Part shown: one piece after another, positions 17,493 through 27,068 of the stretch
How positions within the stretch are numbered: position 1 is the first letter of the stretch
Layout of the letters: each line of letters opens with the position of its first letter
Source of the DNA: an uncultured Gemmatimonadales bacterium
GTDB taxonomy: Bacteria; Gemmatimonadota; Gemmatimonadetes; Gemmatimonadales; GWC2-71-9
DNA length: 64,000 nucleotides
Reading direction: 5' to 3'
Assembly: GCA_963779755.1 (NCBI GenBank)
Contig: CAVZZO010000003.1
Span: 1,632,001-1,696,000, forward strand
The notes under the pieces: generated by a model
What the model was told of the DNA's origin: nothing
The model's input: the letters and a program-made list of their open reading frames with translations, nothing else
Databases searched by the model: none
Program-made: the position numbers and the translations under genes

Positions 17493-19169
17493 ATGCGCGG
17501 ACTCCTCTGCTGCCTTCCCCTCCTCCTCGCCGGGCCCGCCCTGCCCGCCCCCCCGGCGTACGACGTGGTCATCCGCCACGGCACCATCTACGACGGCTCG
17601 GGTGGGGCGCCGTTCGTGGGCGACCTCGCCATCACGGGCGACAGCATCGCCGCGATCGGCAATGTGCCGGGCCGGGGTCGCGCCGAGCTGGATGCCCGCG
17701 GCATGGCCGTCGCCCCCGGCTTCATCAACATGCTGAGCTGGGCCGGGGTGCCGCTGCTGGTGGACGGCCGTTCCCAGAGCGACCTCCGGCAGGGCGTCAC
17801 CCTGGAAGTATTCGGCGAAGGCAGCTCCATGGGCCCGCTCACCGACACGATGAAGGCGGACATGGTCCGGCTCCAGGGCGACCTCAAGTACGATGTCACC
17901 TGGACGACCCTGTCCGGTTTCCTCGACACCCTGGTGGCGCGCGGCGTCGCGACCAACGTCGCCTCCTTCATCGGCGCCACCACTCTCCGGGTCCACGAGG
18001 TCGGCTACGCAAATCGCCCCGCCACGCCGGAGGAGCTGGACCGCATGAAAGCCCTGGTGCGCCAGGGCATGCGGCAGGGCGCGCTGGGGATCGGCTCGTC
18101 GCTCATCTATGCCCCGGCCAACTACGCGCCCACTGATGAGCTGATCGCCCTGGCGCGCGAAGCAGGCCGCTACGGCGGGATGTACATCTCGCACATGCGG
18201 AACGAGGGCTCCGGCCTGCTGCCGGCGCTGGACGAGCTGATCCGCATCGCGCGGGAGGGAGACATCCGCGCCGAAGTCTACCATTTCAAGGCCAGCGGGA
18301 AGGCCAACTGGCCCAAGCTGGACAGCGCGATCGCAAAGATCGACTCGGCCCGGGCGGCGGGCCTCCGGATCACCGCCGATATGTATACCTATCCGGCCAG
18401 CTCGACCGGGCTGGATGCCACCATGCCCACCTGGGTGCAGGAGGGCGGCCATGACGCCTGGATCGCCCGGCTGAAAGACCCGGCCATCCGCGCGAAACTG
18501 GCCGCCGAAATGCGCGGCAGCGGCGCCTACGACAATTCGTTCTCCAATGCCGGCGGCCCCTCCGGCATCCTGCTGGTGGGGTTCAAGCAGGATTCACTCA
18601 AGTACCTCACAGGAAAGACGCTGGCCCAGGTCGCCGCCATGCGCGGCACCTCGCCGGAGGAGACGGCGATGGACCTGGTCATCCAGGACGACAGCCGGGT
18701 CAGCTGCGTCTTCTTTACCATGTCCGAAGACAACGTCAGGAAGAAGGTGGCGCTGCCCTGGATGAGCTTCGGCTCCGATGCCGGTTCGATCGCCCCCGAG
18801 GGCGCCTTCCTCAAGTCCAGCCCGCATCCCCGCACCTACGGTACCTTCGCCCGGCTGCTGGGACGCTACGTCCGGGATGAGCACGTGATCCCGCTGCGGG
18901 AAGCCGTCCGCCGGCTGGCGGCGCTTCCGGCCCGCAACCTGGGTATCCAGCGCCGCGGCACCCTGCGAGTGGGCAACTACGCCGATGTTGTGGTGTTCGA
19001 TCCGGCGGCCATTCAGGATCACGCCACCTTTGAACGGCCCCATCAGTATGCCACCGGAGTGCGCGATGTGTTCGTCAACGGCGTGCCGGTGATCCGCCGG
19101 GGCGAACACACCGGGGCGCTCCCCGGCCGGGTGGTGCATGGGCCGGGATACGAGAGGACTGAGGACTGA
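17493..19169 (+). CDS. N-acyl-D-amino-acid deacylase (D-aminoacylase), secreted amidohydrolase
   Basis: Signal peptide MRGLLCCLPLLLAGPA; VAPGFINMLSW, YISHMRNEG, YHFK, GSDA, HPRTYGTF and ADVVVFDP motifs. Confidence 0.92.
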   Translation: MRGLLCCLPLLLAGPALPAPPAYDVVIRHGTIYDGSGGAPFVGDLAITGDSIAAIGNVPGRGRAELDARGMAVAPGFINMLSWAGVPLLVDGRSQSDLRQGVTLEVFGEGSSMGPLTDTMKADMVRLQGDLKYDVTWTTLSGFLDTLVARGVATNVASFIGATTLRVHEVGYANRPATPEELDRMKALVRQGMRQGALGIGSSLIYAPANYAPTDELIALAREAGRYGGMYISHMRNEGSGLLPALDELIRIAREGDIRAEVYHFKASGKANWPKLDSAIAKIDSARAAGLRITADMYTYPASSTGLDATMPTWVQEGGHDAWIARLKDPAIRAKLAAEMRGSGAYDNSFSNAGGPSGILLVGFKQDSLKYLTGKTLAQVAAMRGTSPEETAMDLVIQDDSRVSCVFFTMSEDNVRKKVALPWMSFGSDAGSIAPEGAFLKSSPHPRTYGTFARLLGRYVRDEHVIPLREAVRRLAALPARNLGIQRRGTLRVGNYADVVVFDPAAIQDHATFERPHQYATGVRDVFVNGVPVIRRGEHTGALPGRVVHGPGYERTED

Positions 19170-19602
19170 GCAGGACGGCCCTAAAGGACTTCCTCGCGGC
19201 TTTCTATTGGAGGCCGCTCGGTCGCAGGACGGCAGGACGGCAGGACGGCCCTAAAGGACTTCCTCGCGGCTTTCTATTGGAGGCCGCTCGGTCGCAGGAC
19301 GGCAGGACGGCAGGACGGCAGGACGGCTCGGGCTCTGCGAAGGGAATACCCGGCCCTCCCGGCGAGCGCAAGCAGCGAATGAACGCGTATGTGCCCTGGG
19401 GACATGCGACGCTCTTTCCCCGGTGACGCACTTCGGCGCGCGGAGGGAGGCTCGGCGAGGACGAGCAGCAGGACTGTGGACTGCGGATTGAGGATTGAGG
19501 ACTGAGCCCAGGCTCACGCGAGCCCGAAGCCGATGCAGCTGACGCACTTCGGCGCGCGGAGGGAGGCTCGGCGAGGACGAGCAGCAACAGGACTGGGGAC
19601 TA
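19154..19602. repeat. Composite intergenic repeat region
   Basis: Contains GAGGACT heptamers, two inverted copies of the 61-bp unit, GGCAGGAC octamers and two copies of GACGCACTTCGGCGCGCGGAGGGAGGCTCGGCGAGGACGAGC. Segments match 738-890 (reverse complement) and 35053-35135. Confidence 0.85.
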
Positions 19603-19668
19603 AGCCCCGAGAACTGAAGACTCTGGATCTGAGAACCCGACTGAACCTCTACGTGTGAGATTTTCGAC

Positions 19669-21084
19669 ATGCCGGACGCGATCAGCTTCCTCGAGCAGGT
19701 CAACCGCAACTTTGACAATGCCGCCGGCCTGACCGGCCACGATCCGACGCTGCTGGCCCAGATCAAGGCCTGCAACTGTCTCTACTATACCTCCTTCCCG
19801 CTCAAGCGCGACGACGGCTCGATCGACGTGATCCACGCCTGGCGGGCCGAGCATAGCCATCACCGGCTGCCGACCAAAGGCGGCATCCGTTTCAGCGCCG
19901 CCGTGGACGCCGACGAGGTCATGGCCCTGGCGGCGCTCATGACCTACAAATGCGCCATCGTGGATGTGCCGTTCGGCGGTGCCAAGGGCGCCGTCCGGAT
20001 CGACCGGAGCAGGTACTCCGCCGCCGAGCTGGAACGCATTACCCGCCGCTACACCTTCGAGCTGGTGCGCAAGAGCTTCATCGGCCCCGGCACCGATGTA
20101 CCGGCGCCCGATTTCGGCACCAGTCCGCAGGAGATGGCCTGGATCGCCGATACCTACACCACCCTGGTGCCGGCCGACATCAACGCGCTGGCCTGCGTGA
20201 CCGCCAAACCGGTCGCCTTGAGCGGCATCAACGGCCGCGTCGAGGCCACCGGCCGGGGCATCATGTACGGCCTGCGCGAAGTCTGCGCCAGCGCCGAAGA
20301 CATGAAACCGCTGGGCCTCGGCACTGGGTTGGCGGGCAAGCGGGTGGTGGTACAGGGCCTGGGAAATGTCGGCTTCCATGCCGCGAAGTTCCTGCTGGAG
20401 GAGGGCGCCATCCTGGTGGGTGTGGCGGAGCGGGAAGGCGCCATTCACGCGCCCCGGGGGCTGGACCTGGACGCGGTCATGGCACACCGGCAGGAGACCC
20501 GGTCGATCCTGGAGTTCCCCGGCGCGCGCGATCTGCCCGGGTCCGCCGACGCCCTGGAGCTGGAGTGCGACATTCTCGTGCCGGCCGCCCTGGAAAATCA
20601 GATCACCGCCGAAAACGCTCCCGCGGTCAAGGCGAGGATCATCGGCGAAGGAGCCAACGGCCCGACCACCGCCGAGGCCGACGCCATCCTCCAGCAGCGG
20701 GGCGCACTGGTGGTACCCGACATGTTCCTCAACGCCGGCGGCGTGACCGTCTCCTACTTCGAGTGGCTCAAGAACCTCTCCCACGTGCGTTTCGGCCGGA
20801 TGGAAAAACGCTACGAGGAGGCCTCCAACCGGCGCTTTCTCGCCGCCATCGAGAGCGCGACCGGCCGGCAGTTTACCGAAGACGAACTGGCGCGCCTGGG
20901 CCCGGGCGCGGATGAGATCGACCTGGTCAACAGCGGCCTCGAGGAGACCATGAGCACCGCCTACCGGCAGATCCGGGAGATCCAGCACCGGCGCGGCGCG
21001 GGGCTGTCGCTCCGCACGGCGGCATTCATCAACGCCATAGACAAGATCGCCGTGGCCTATCAGGAGATGGGCATTTTCCCCTGA
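19669..21084 (+). CDS. gdhA: Glutamate dehydrogenase (Glu/Leu/Phe/Val family)
   Basis: PTKGGIRF, MTYKCA, PFGGAKG, DVPAPD, QGLGNVG, EGANGP and NAGGVTVSYFEW motifs. Confidence 0.95.
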   Translation: MPDAISFLEQVNRNFDNAAGLTGHDPTLLAQIKACNCLYYTSFPLKRDDGSIDVIHAWRAEHSHHRLPTKGGIRFSAAVDADEVMALAALMTYKCAIVDVPFGGAKGAVRIDRSRYSAAELERITRRYTFELVRKSFIGPGTDVPAPDFGTSPQEMAWIADTYTTLVPADINALACVTAKPVALSGINGRVEATGRGIMYGLREVCASAEDMKPLGLGTGLAGKRVVVQGLGNVGFHAAKFLLEEGAILVGVAEREGAIHAPRGLDLDAVMAHRQETRSILEFPGARDLPGSADALELECDILVPAALENQITAENAPAVKARIIGEGANGPTTAEADAILQQRGALVVPDMFLNAGGVTVSYFEWLKNLSHVRFGRMEKRYEEASNRRFLAAIESATGRQFTEDELARLGPGADEIDLVNSGLEETMSTAYRQIREIQHRRGAGLSLRTAAFINAIDKIAVAYQEMGIFP

Positions 21085-21161
21085 GGCACCGGCCCCGCTT
21101 GACGCCGGCTTGACCCGGGTGGCGCAGCGTCTCCGCAGAACTCTTCCTGCGGAGACGTCCC

Positions 21162-22717
21162 ATGTTGCGGAAACTGCGCGGCACGACCTGGCATCGCTGG
21201 CTGGCCCTGCTGGTCTTTGCCCTTTACCTGCCGGCCTGTTCCAGCTGGCATACGGCGCTGGAAGGGGCGCGGGTGGTGGCCGGGCCCAAGGCGCCGTCGT
21301 CGGTAAGGTCTTCCTTCCCCAGAGTGCCTGGGTCGTCCTCAGGCATCCCACGATCTCCAACGATAGCATCATCGGCGTTGTGGGGGACGCGTCCGGCATT
21401 CCAGCCCGGCATGGCGCCAGCCTCGCCGTACCCCTCTCGAGCGTCAAGGAAGTGCAGGTGCGGCGGGGGGATGCGGCAAAGACCGTCTTTGCCGTGCTGG
21501 GTGCCACCGTAGCCATAGCACTGGTTGCCGTCGCGACCAGCGACAACGGCTCCTCCACACCGGTCCAGCAACAGTCCGACAGCATCGTCTTCAGCTGCCC
21601 CCTGGTCTACTCCTGGGACGGCACCCACTGGCGGCTGGATTCCGGGACGTTCGGCGGCGCCATTACCCGTGGTGCCCAGCGGACCGACCTGGACAACCTG
21701 CTCTACGCCCGGCCGCAACAGGGCGGGCTCTGCTTCCTGGTCACCAACCAGTCGCCGGAGACGGACCACATCGACGCGCTGAGCGTGCTGGCGGTGGATC
21801 ACGCGCCCGGAATCACGGTGGCCCCGGATGGAGCCGGCCGCCTGCACTCGGTCGGAAGCCTGATCGCGCCGGTGAGGGCCGTGGATGCGACCGGAGCGGA
21901 TATTCTCCCGCGAATCGCCCAGGAGGACGGCTGGCACTGGGCTTCGCGAGCAGTCCGGCGCGATACTGCCAGCATGACCGATGCGCGGGAAGCGCTGACC
22001 CTGAGCTTCTCCCGCGGAAGCGGCCGCACCCCGGCCCGGCTGGTGGTAGACGGCCGCAACACGACCTGGGCCGCGATGATGATGGGAGAAATGGTGAGCC
22101 TGCACGGCCGCGCCACTCCGGCGTGGTACGATTCGCTTGATCATGATCCCGCGCTGGTCAGGCAGACCATCTCGGCCATGGCGCAGACCGGCTTCCTGCA
22201 GGTCAGCGTATGGGACGGGAACCGCTGGCTGTCGCAAGGCTTCCTGCCGGAGGCCGGGCCCGAGCTGGCCAAGCGCCAGGTGATACCTCTCGATCTCGCA
22301 TCCGCCGGCGGCGATACCGTCCGGATCCGGTTGGAGACATCGCCCGGGTTCTGGCTGCTGGACCGCGTGGCCCTCGATACCTCGGCGGAGCAGGCGCTTC
22401 AGGTTCGGGAGCTGCACCCGGATACCGCCACCTTCGGCGACGGCAGCGATGCTCTTCCCTTGATCGCCGACAGGGACGACCGCTACCTCGATCTCGAAAC
22501 CAGCGACTCGGCGCGAGTCACGTTCACCGATCCGGAGGTGCCGGCAGGGATGGTTCGCAGCTATCTGCTCCGTTCCACCGGCTGGTACCGCATTCACACC
22601 CCGCAAACCGACGCGCCGTCGCCGCTGCTGGCCGCCATGGGGCAGCCGGGAATGCTGGCCCGGCTGGCCCTCGCCAGGCTGAACCAGGAGCTGGCCGGCG
22701 CGGAGCTGGGCCAATGA
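21162..22717 (+). pseudogene. Secreted lipoprotein split by a -1 frameshift near 21308 (pseudogene or assembly error)
   Basis: The frame from ATG 21162 gives a lipoprotein signal (WLALLVFALYLPAC). The globular body (VFLPQSAW..SCPLVYSWDG..) is in the -1 frame. Reading G21308 twice joins the two. Confidence 0.65.
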
Positions 22718-23883
22718 CCGGCGGGCGTGAAGTGTGGATCACCGGCATCGGGGCCGTCAGCGCGGCCGGGGTGGGAACCGGTCCGCTGCGACACCTGATC
22801 CGCACGGGGCGGGTGGCGGGTGGCGACGGGTTTGCCGCCCCTGCCCTCCCCCGAACGCCGGCCAATCGTCGGCTCGACCGGGCCGCCAGCATGTTCCTCA
22901 CGGCGGCGGAGGAAGCCTGGGCCGGCGCGGGACTCGCCGCGGGTTCCTTTGATGGTGCCGGGGCAATCCTGCTGGAGGGGTCGTCTCTGGGACCGATGGC
23001 GGATCTGTTGCGCGCACACGAGCGCCAGCTGGTGCAGGGTGCCGGCGCGCCCCGACTATCCGGCCGCCTGGTGCGCTTCATGACCGGAGCGGGCGGGGCG
23101 GTGTTTGCGCAGCTGCACGGAATCCGGGGCCTGGTTCTGCATCTGTCGGCCGGGAGCGTTTCCGCCGCCTGCGCCATCGGCGACGCATTCGAGCGCATCG
23201 CCCGGGGTGAGGCGGACGTGGCGCTGGCGGGGGGCGGAGAATGCCCGCTGCATCCCGCGATCCTCGAAACCTTCGAAAGCTCTGGAGTCCTGGTTCCGGC
23301 GGGGAAGCGCTGCCGACCCTTCGACCGGGAACGCTGTGGCACCGTCCTGGGAGAAGGAGCCGGCGCCCTGGTGCTGGAGTCGGCGGAGCACGCGCGCGGG
23401 CGCGCCGCAAGTCCTCTGGTACGCATGGCCGGCTTCGGCAGCAGCACCGAAGCTTACAGCGCCACCGCGCCGGACCCTGAGGGCACCGGTGTCTTTCGAG
23501 CCGCATCGGCGGCTCTGCAGGGTGGCGCGCTCCCGGCCTGGATCAAGACGCATGGGACCGGCACCATCCTGAACGATGCCGCCGAGTGCCGCGGGTTGGC
23601 GACCCTGCTGGGCACACAGCTGCCGCAGTGCCCTATCACGTCGCTCAAGCCTGCGCTGGGCCATGCGCTGGGGGCCAGCGGCGCAGTCGAGGCGGTCGCC
23701 GCCGTGCTCGCGTTGCTGGAGGGAATCGTGCCGGCCACGGCCACAACTGATTCACCCGATCTGGCCCTGCCGCCCTGCCGTGTCGTATTGCGACCCGAGC
23801 GCGCCGGCGATGGACCGGTGCTGCTGCTCTCCGAGAGCTTCGGCGGCCGCTGCACGGCGCTGGCGGTGAATCCCCTGACCTGA
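22714..23883 (+). CDS. Beta-ketoacyl synthase (FabF-like) homolog with active-site Cys replaced by Ser
   Basis: ATGA overlap with the upstream gene. [18 protein letters not shown] (aligns to FabF TACTSG), RPFD, LGEGAG, HGTGT..ND and [12 protein letters not shown] motifs. Confidence 0.88.
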   Translation: MTGGREVWITGIGAVSAAGVGTGPLRHLIRTGRVAGGDGFAAPALPRTPANRRLDRAASMFLTAAEEAWAGAGLAAGSFDGAGAILLEGSSLGPMADLLRAHERQLVQGAGAPRLSGRLVRFMTGAGGAVFAQLHGIRGLVLHLSAGSVSAACAIGDAFERIARGEADVALAGGGECPLHPAILETFESSGVLVPAGKRCRPFDRERCGTVLGEGAGALVLESAEHARGRAASPLVRMAGFGSSTEAYSATAPDPEGTGVFRAASAALQGGALPAWIKTHGTGTILNDAAECRGLATLLGTQLPQCPITSLKPALGHALGASGAVEAVAAVLALLEGIVPATATTDSPDLALPPCRVVLRPERAGDGPVLLLSESFGGRCTALAVNPLT

Positions 23884-23902
23884 GCTGGGAATGGCCTCGC
23901 CT

Positions 23903-24076
23903 GGCGCCATCCACCTTCACCAGGCGCAGCGCGGCGATGTCGCGGCTCACCGAGGACTGGGTGACGTCCCAGCCCTCCGCCGAGAGTGCCGCCGCGAGCT
24001 CCTCCTGAGTGTGGAGCGGGCGGCGGCTGATCAGCTTCAGAATCTTGAGCTGGCGCTTGTGCGATCGGCCGTCATC
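23903..24076 (-). pseudogene. argR: Duplicated 5' fragment of argR, frameshifted and truncated
   Basis: Near-identical to 25513-25687, with a 1-bp deletion in codon 5 that gives a stop after 12 codons. Confidence 0.88.
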
Positions 24077-24865
24077 CTACTGCTCTACGTTCCTCACGGT
24101 AGCAAAGACCTTTCGCGGAAGGCGGGTAATCCCGGGTGTATCCTGGTTGGCTGGTCGCATTCCACCAAACCCATAGCCCATCATGCCGCCGATAAGAGCG
24201 CCCAGGTTCCCACCGAAGGCGGCATAGCGAATGCATGGATCATCTTCGAAGCTGGACTGGTTACTACAGAAGCGGTGCATCGTCCAAGCTCCCAGGATAG
24301 TACCCGCTGCGGCCCCCAGTCCCGTTCCAACCAATGCATGCGAGCTGCTTCGTTGGCCTGCAGAAGGCGAGCGTCGTCCTGATTGGGCCGTACCGATGAG
24401 AGCGCCGATAACCCCTGGAGCTACCAGGGATACAGGTATTTCGATGGCCAGGCCCGGCCTTGATTCCCGCAGTCTATCGTGATGCAGGGCGACGACAGTT
24501 GCGAGGACCAACGCTCCCGCACCCGCACCAATCAATGCACCCCTGACCACCTCGGAGTGCCGATTGGGCTCTAGATGGAACTGGCGACCGGGTTGATTCA
24601 ACGTGCGGTTTGGATCCCAGCCGCTGGAAGGCTGAAGGATGGATGGAAGCGGCGTAGGGCCAATCCGCGCGCGATAGTGTGGCAAGCCAGTAGGCGAATC
24701 GTTGATTGGGGTCGGGTGTACAGGAGGCCCCTTGACCGGTTGGGCCATCTGGGCATTCGCCTGGCCAGTGCACAGAAGTGCAATGACTAGCAGCACACAG
24801 CAAGGAAGAGAGGCACTGAAAGAATGCTCCGGTGACCTGTTCGGAACAGGCAGGCTAATAGACAT
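24077..24865 (-). CDS. Hypothetical exported protein with glycine-zipper hydrophobic segments, in visibly lower-GC DNA
   Basis: Signal-like CCVLLVIALLCTGQANA; GALIGAGAGA, GTGLGAAAG and GALIGGMMGYG segments. Confidence 0.6.
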   Translation of the reverse strand: MSISLPVPNRSPEHSFSASLPCCVLLVIALLCTGQANAQMAQPVKGPPVHPTPINDSPTGLPHYRARIGPTPLPSILQPSSGWDPNRTLNQPGRQFHLEPNRHSEVVRGALIGAGAGALVLATVVALHHDRLRESRPGLAIEIPVSLVAPGVIGALIGTAQSGRRSPSAGQRSSSHALVGTGLGAAAGTILGAWTMHRFCSNQSSFEDDPCIRYAAFGGNLGALIGGMMGYGFGGMRPANQDTPGITRLPRKVFATVRNVEQ

Positions 24866-25230
24866 CGTGATTGGCCCTTGAAGGTCAATGGAAGACAGTA
24901 AAACCGCACCACCAACCGAGGCTCAAGTCACCGGCTCGATTCTCATTACGAGCGGGACGGTAAGGTACAGCAAAGGAAGCCGCATTGTCGGGCCGGGGGT
25001 TCCCATACTTTAGAGCTTTTCGGGCGGGGCGCTAGGGCGGCAGTGCGACAGAACGGGGCCGAATTGCGACAATGACTGCCGGCCCGTCAGCCCACTGTGC
25101 TTTAGGCGACCTTCATCGCCCAACTTGGGAGAATGAAGGAGCCGAAAGATCGGGCAGGCCGCGGAGGGAATCCGGCTAATCTGTACCGGCTCCCATGTCT
25201 GGAGCCGTTATGACCCCCAAGCACACTCTA

Positions 25231-25686
25231 TCAATCATCTTCCCTCACCCCCAGCTTCTTCAGCTCCTTCAGGACTCTCCGCTGCGCTCCCTTGTCGGTA
25301 ACCGCCAGGAACAGCGTGTCGTCTCCCGCGATCGTCCCCACCACGTCGGGCCAGGCCAGCCGGTCGAGCGCCACGCCGGCGCCATTGGCCTCGCCCGGCG
25401 GCGTGTGCAGGACGACCAGGGCATCGCCGGCCGGCTCGGCGCCAAGCACACTGTCCTGCAGCCGCCGCAGATCGGGGTTCTCGTCGGGCACCGTGGCGAT
25501 GGGCCGCCGGTAGGCGCCATCCACCTTCACCAGGCGCAGCGCGGTGATGTCCCGGCTCACCGAGGACTGGGTGACGTCCCAGCCCTCCGCCGAGAGTGCC
25601 GCCGCCAGCTCCTCCTGAGTGTGGATCGGGCGGCGGCTGATCAGCTCCAGAATCTTGAGCTGGCGCTTGTGCCGATCGGCCGTCAT
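25231..25686 (-). CDS. argR: Arginine repressor
   Basis: [39 protein letters not shown] and GTIAGDDT motifs; ATGA overlap with argH. Confidence 0.96.
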   Translation of the reverse strand: MTADRHKRQLKILELISRRPIHTQEELAAALSAEGWDVTQSSVSRDITALRLVKVDGAYRRPIATVPDENPDLRRLQDSVLGAEPAGDALVVLHTPPGEANGAGVALDRLAWPDVVGTIAGDDTLFLAVTDKGAQRRVLKELKKLGVREDD

Positions 25687-27068
25687 CGCCTGCCCCCCGC
25701 CAGACGCGCCATGGCCCGCACGAAGCGGCGCTGTTCCGCCCGTTCCCACCGGCGGAAGGCCCGGAGCCGCCGGGCCAGCACATCGAGCCCGAGGTTGCCC
25801 AGCCCCCCGGCGGAACGGCGGCGCCGCAGCAGATCGGCGGCCGGCAGCGGCGGCGGGACCTCGCCCGCCCGGACCGCCCGGGCCACGTCCTGGTACGCCG
25901 CGCGGAACGGCTCTCCCTCCTCCACCCGCTGCATGACGAGGTCGGTCGCCAGCACGCCGCCGGTCAGCGCTTCGCGCGCCCGCTTGCGGTTCACTGTCAG
26001 GCGGGGCACGGCGTAGCCCAGCATGGCCAGCATGTCCGCGGTACGATCCAGGCCGCGCACCAGCGGCTCCTTCAGGAACTGAAAGTCCCGGTGGTAGCCG
26101 CCGGTCAGGCGGCCCCGCAGCGCCAGGACGGCGGCGAGGTCGCCGTCCACCAGCGCGCTGCGCGCGCGGGTCAGCTCGAAGAGATCGGGATTGCGCTTCT
26201 GCGGCATGATGCTGGAACCGGTGGCGAGGTCGGCCGGCAGCTCGAGGAAGCCGTACTCCTCGGACGAGAGGAGGATGACATCCGCCGCGAGCTTGCCCAG
26301 GTCGGCGGCGAGCTGTGCGCACCAGAAGAGCGCCGCCGCCTCGAGCTTCCCCCGTCCGTTCTGTACCGCGGTGACGCTGAGCTCGAGCCGGGCGAACCCC
26401 AGCGCGCGGGCCGCGGCCTCGCGCCGGATGGGGAGCGGCACGCCGTAGCCCGCCGCGCTGCCCAGGGGCGAGCGGTCCGCCTGCTGGTAAACGGCCGGCA
26501 ACTGCTCCAGCGTATCGAGCAGGCCTTCGGCGTAACCCGCCGCCCAGGCCCCGGCCGACGAAGGCATTGCGCGCCGCAGGTGCGTGTACCCCGGCCACAG
26601 GCTCGCCCGTTCCCGGCGGGCGAAGGCCAGCAGCACCTCCGTGAGGGCGGCGGTGCGCTCATGCAGCCGGAGCAGCGCGTCCTTGAGATAGAGCCGGATG
26701 TCGCAGGCGATCTGGTCGTTCCGCGAGCGGCCGGTATGGAGTCGCTGGCCCGCCTCGCCGGCCTTCCGCGTGAGCCAGCCCTCGACCAGCGTGTGCACGT
26801 CTTCGTCTCGCCGCCCCAGCCGCAGGCGCCCGCGCTCAGCCTCGCGCAGCGCCGAGCGCAGCCCCCGCTGGAGCCTGCGGTAGTCGGTAAGACTCAGGAG
26901 CGACGACGCGTACAGTCCCTCCGCGTGGCCCAGGCTGCCCAGAATATCCCAGCGCAGGAGCCGGGCATCCCAGGGCCGGTCCGGCCCCGCGGTGTAGTCG
27001 AACACCGCCTGGTCCACGCCGGCCGGGCCTCCCCAAAGGGTCGTCACCGGCTTCTTTCGCGGGCTCAT
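25683..27068 (-). CDS. argH: Argininosuccinate lyase
   Basis: EDVH, LHTGRSRNDQ, PGYTHL, PLGSAAGYG, TGSSIMPQKRNPD and GYHRD motifs. Confidence 0.96.
   Translation of the reverse strand: MSPRKKPVTTLWGGPAGVDQAVFDYTAGPDRPWDARLLRWDILGSLGHAEGLYASSLLSLTDYRRLQRGLRSALREAERGRLRLGRRDEDVHTLVEGWLTRKAGEAGQRLHTGRSRNDQIACDIRLYLKDALLRLHERTAALTEVLLAFARRERASLWPGYTHLRRAMPSSAGAWAAGYAEGLLDTLEQLPAVYQQADRSPLGSAAGYGVPLPIRREAAARALGFARLELSVTAVQNGRGKLEAAALFWCAQLAADLGKLAADVILLSSEEYGFLELPADLATGSSIMPQKRNPDLFELTRARSALVDGDLAAVLALRGRLTGGYHRDFQFLKEPLVRGLDRTADMLAMLGYAVPRLTVNRKRAREALTGGVLATDLVMQRVEEGEPFRAAYQDVARAVRAGEVPPPLPAADLLRRRRSAGGLGNLGLDVLARRLRAFRRWERAEQRRFVRAMARLAGGRR

Noticed and set aside
19600..21585. 661-aa antisense ORF opposite gdhA, and similar long shadow ORFs (e.g. 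40033-42483, 58324-60393, 32751-34643)
   Set aside because: Typical high-GC antisense open frames with no recognisable motifs, lying opposite well-supported genes.
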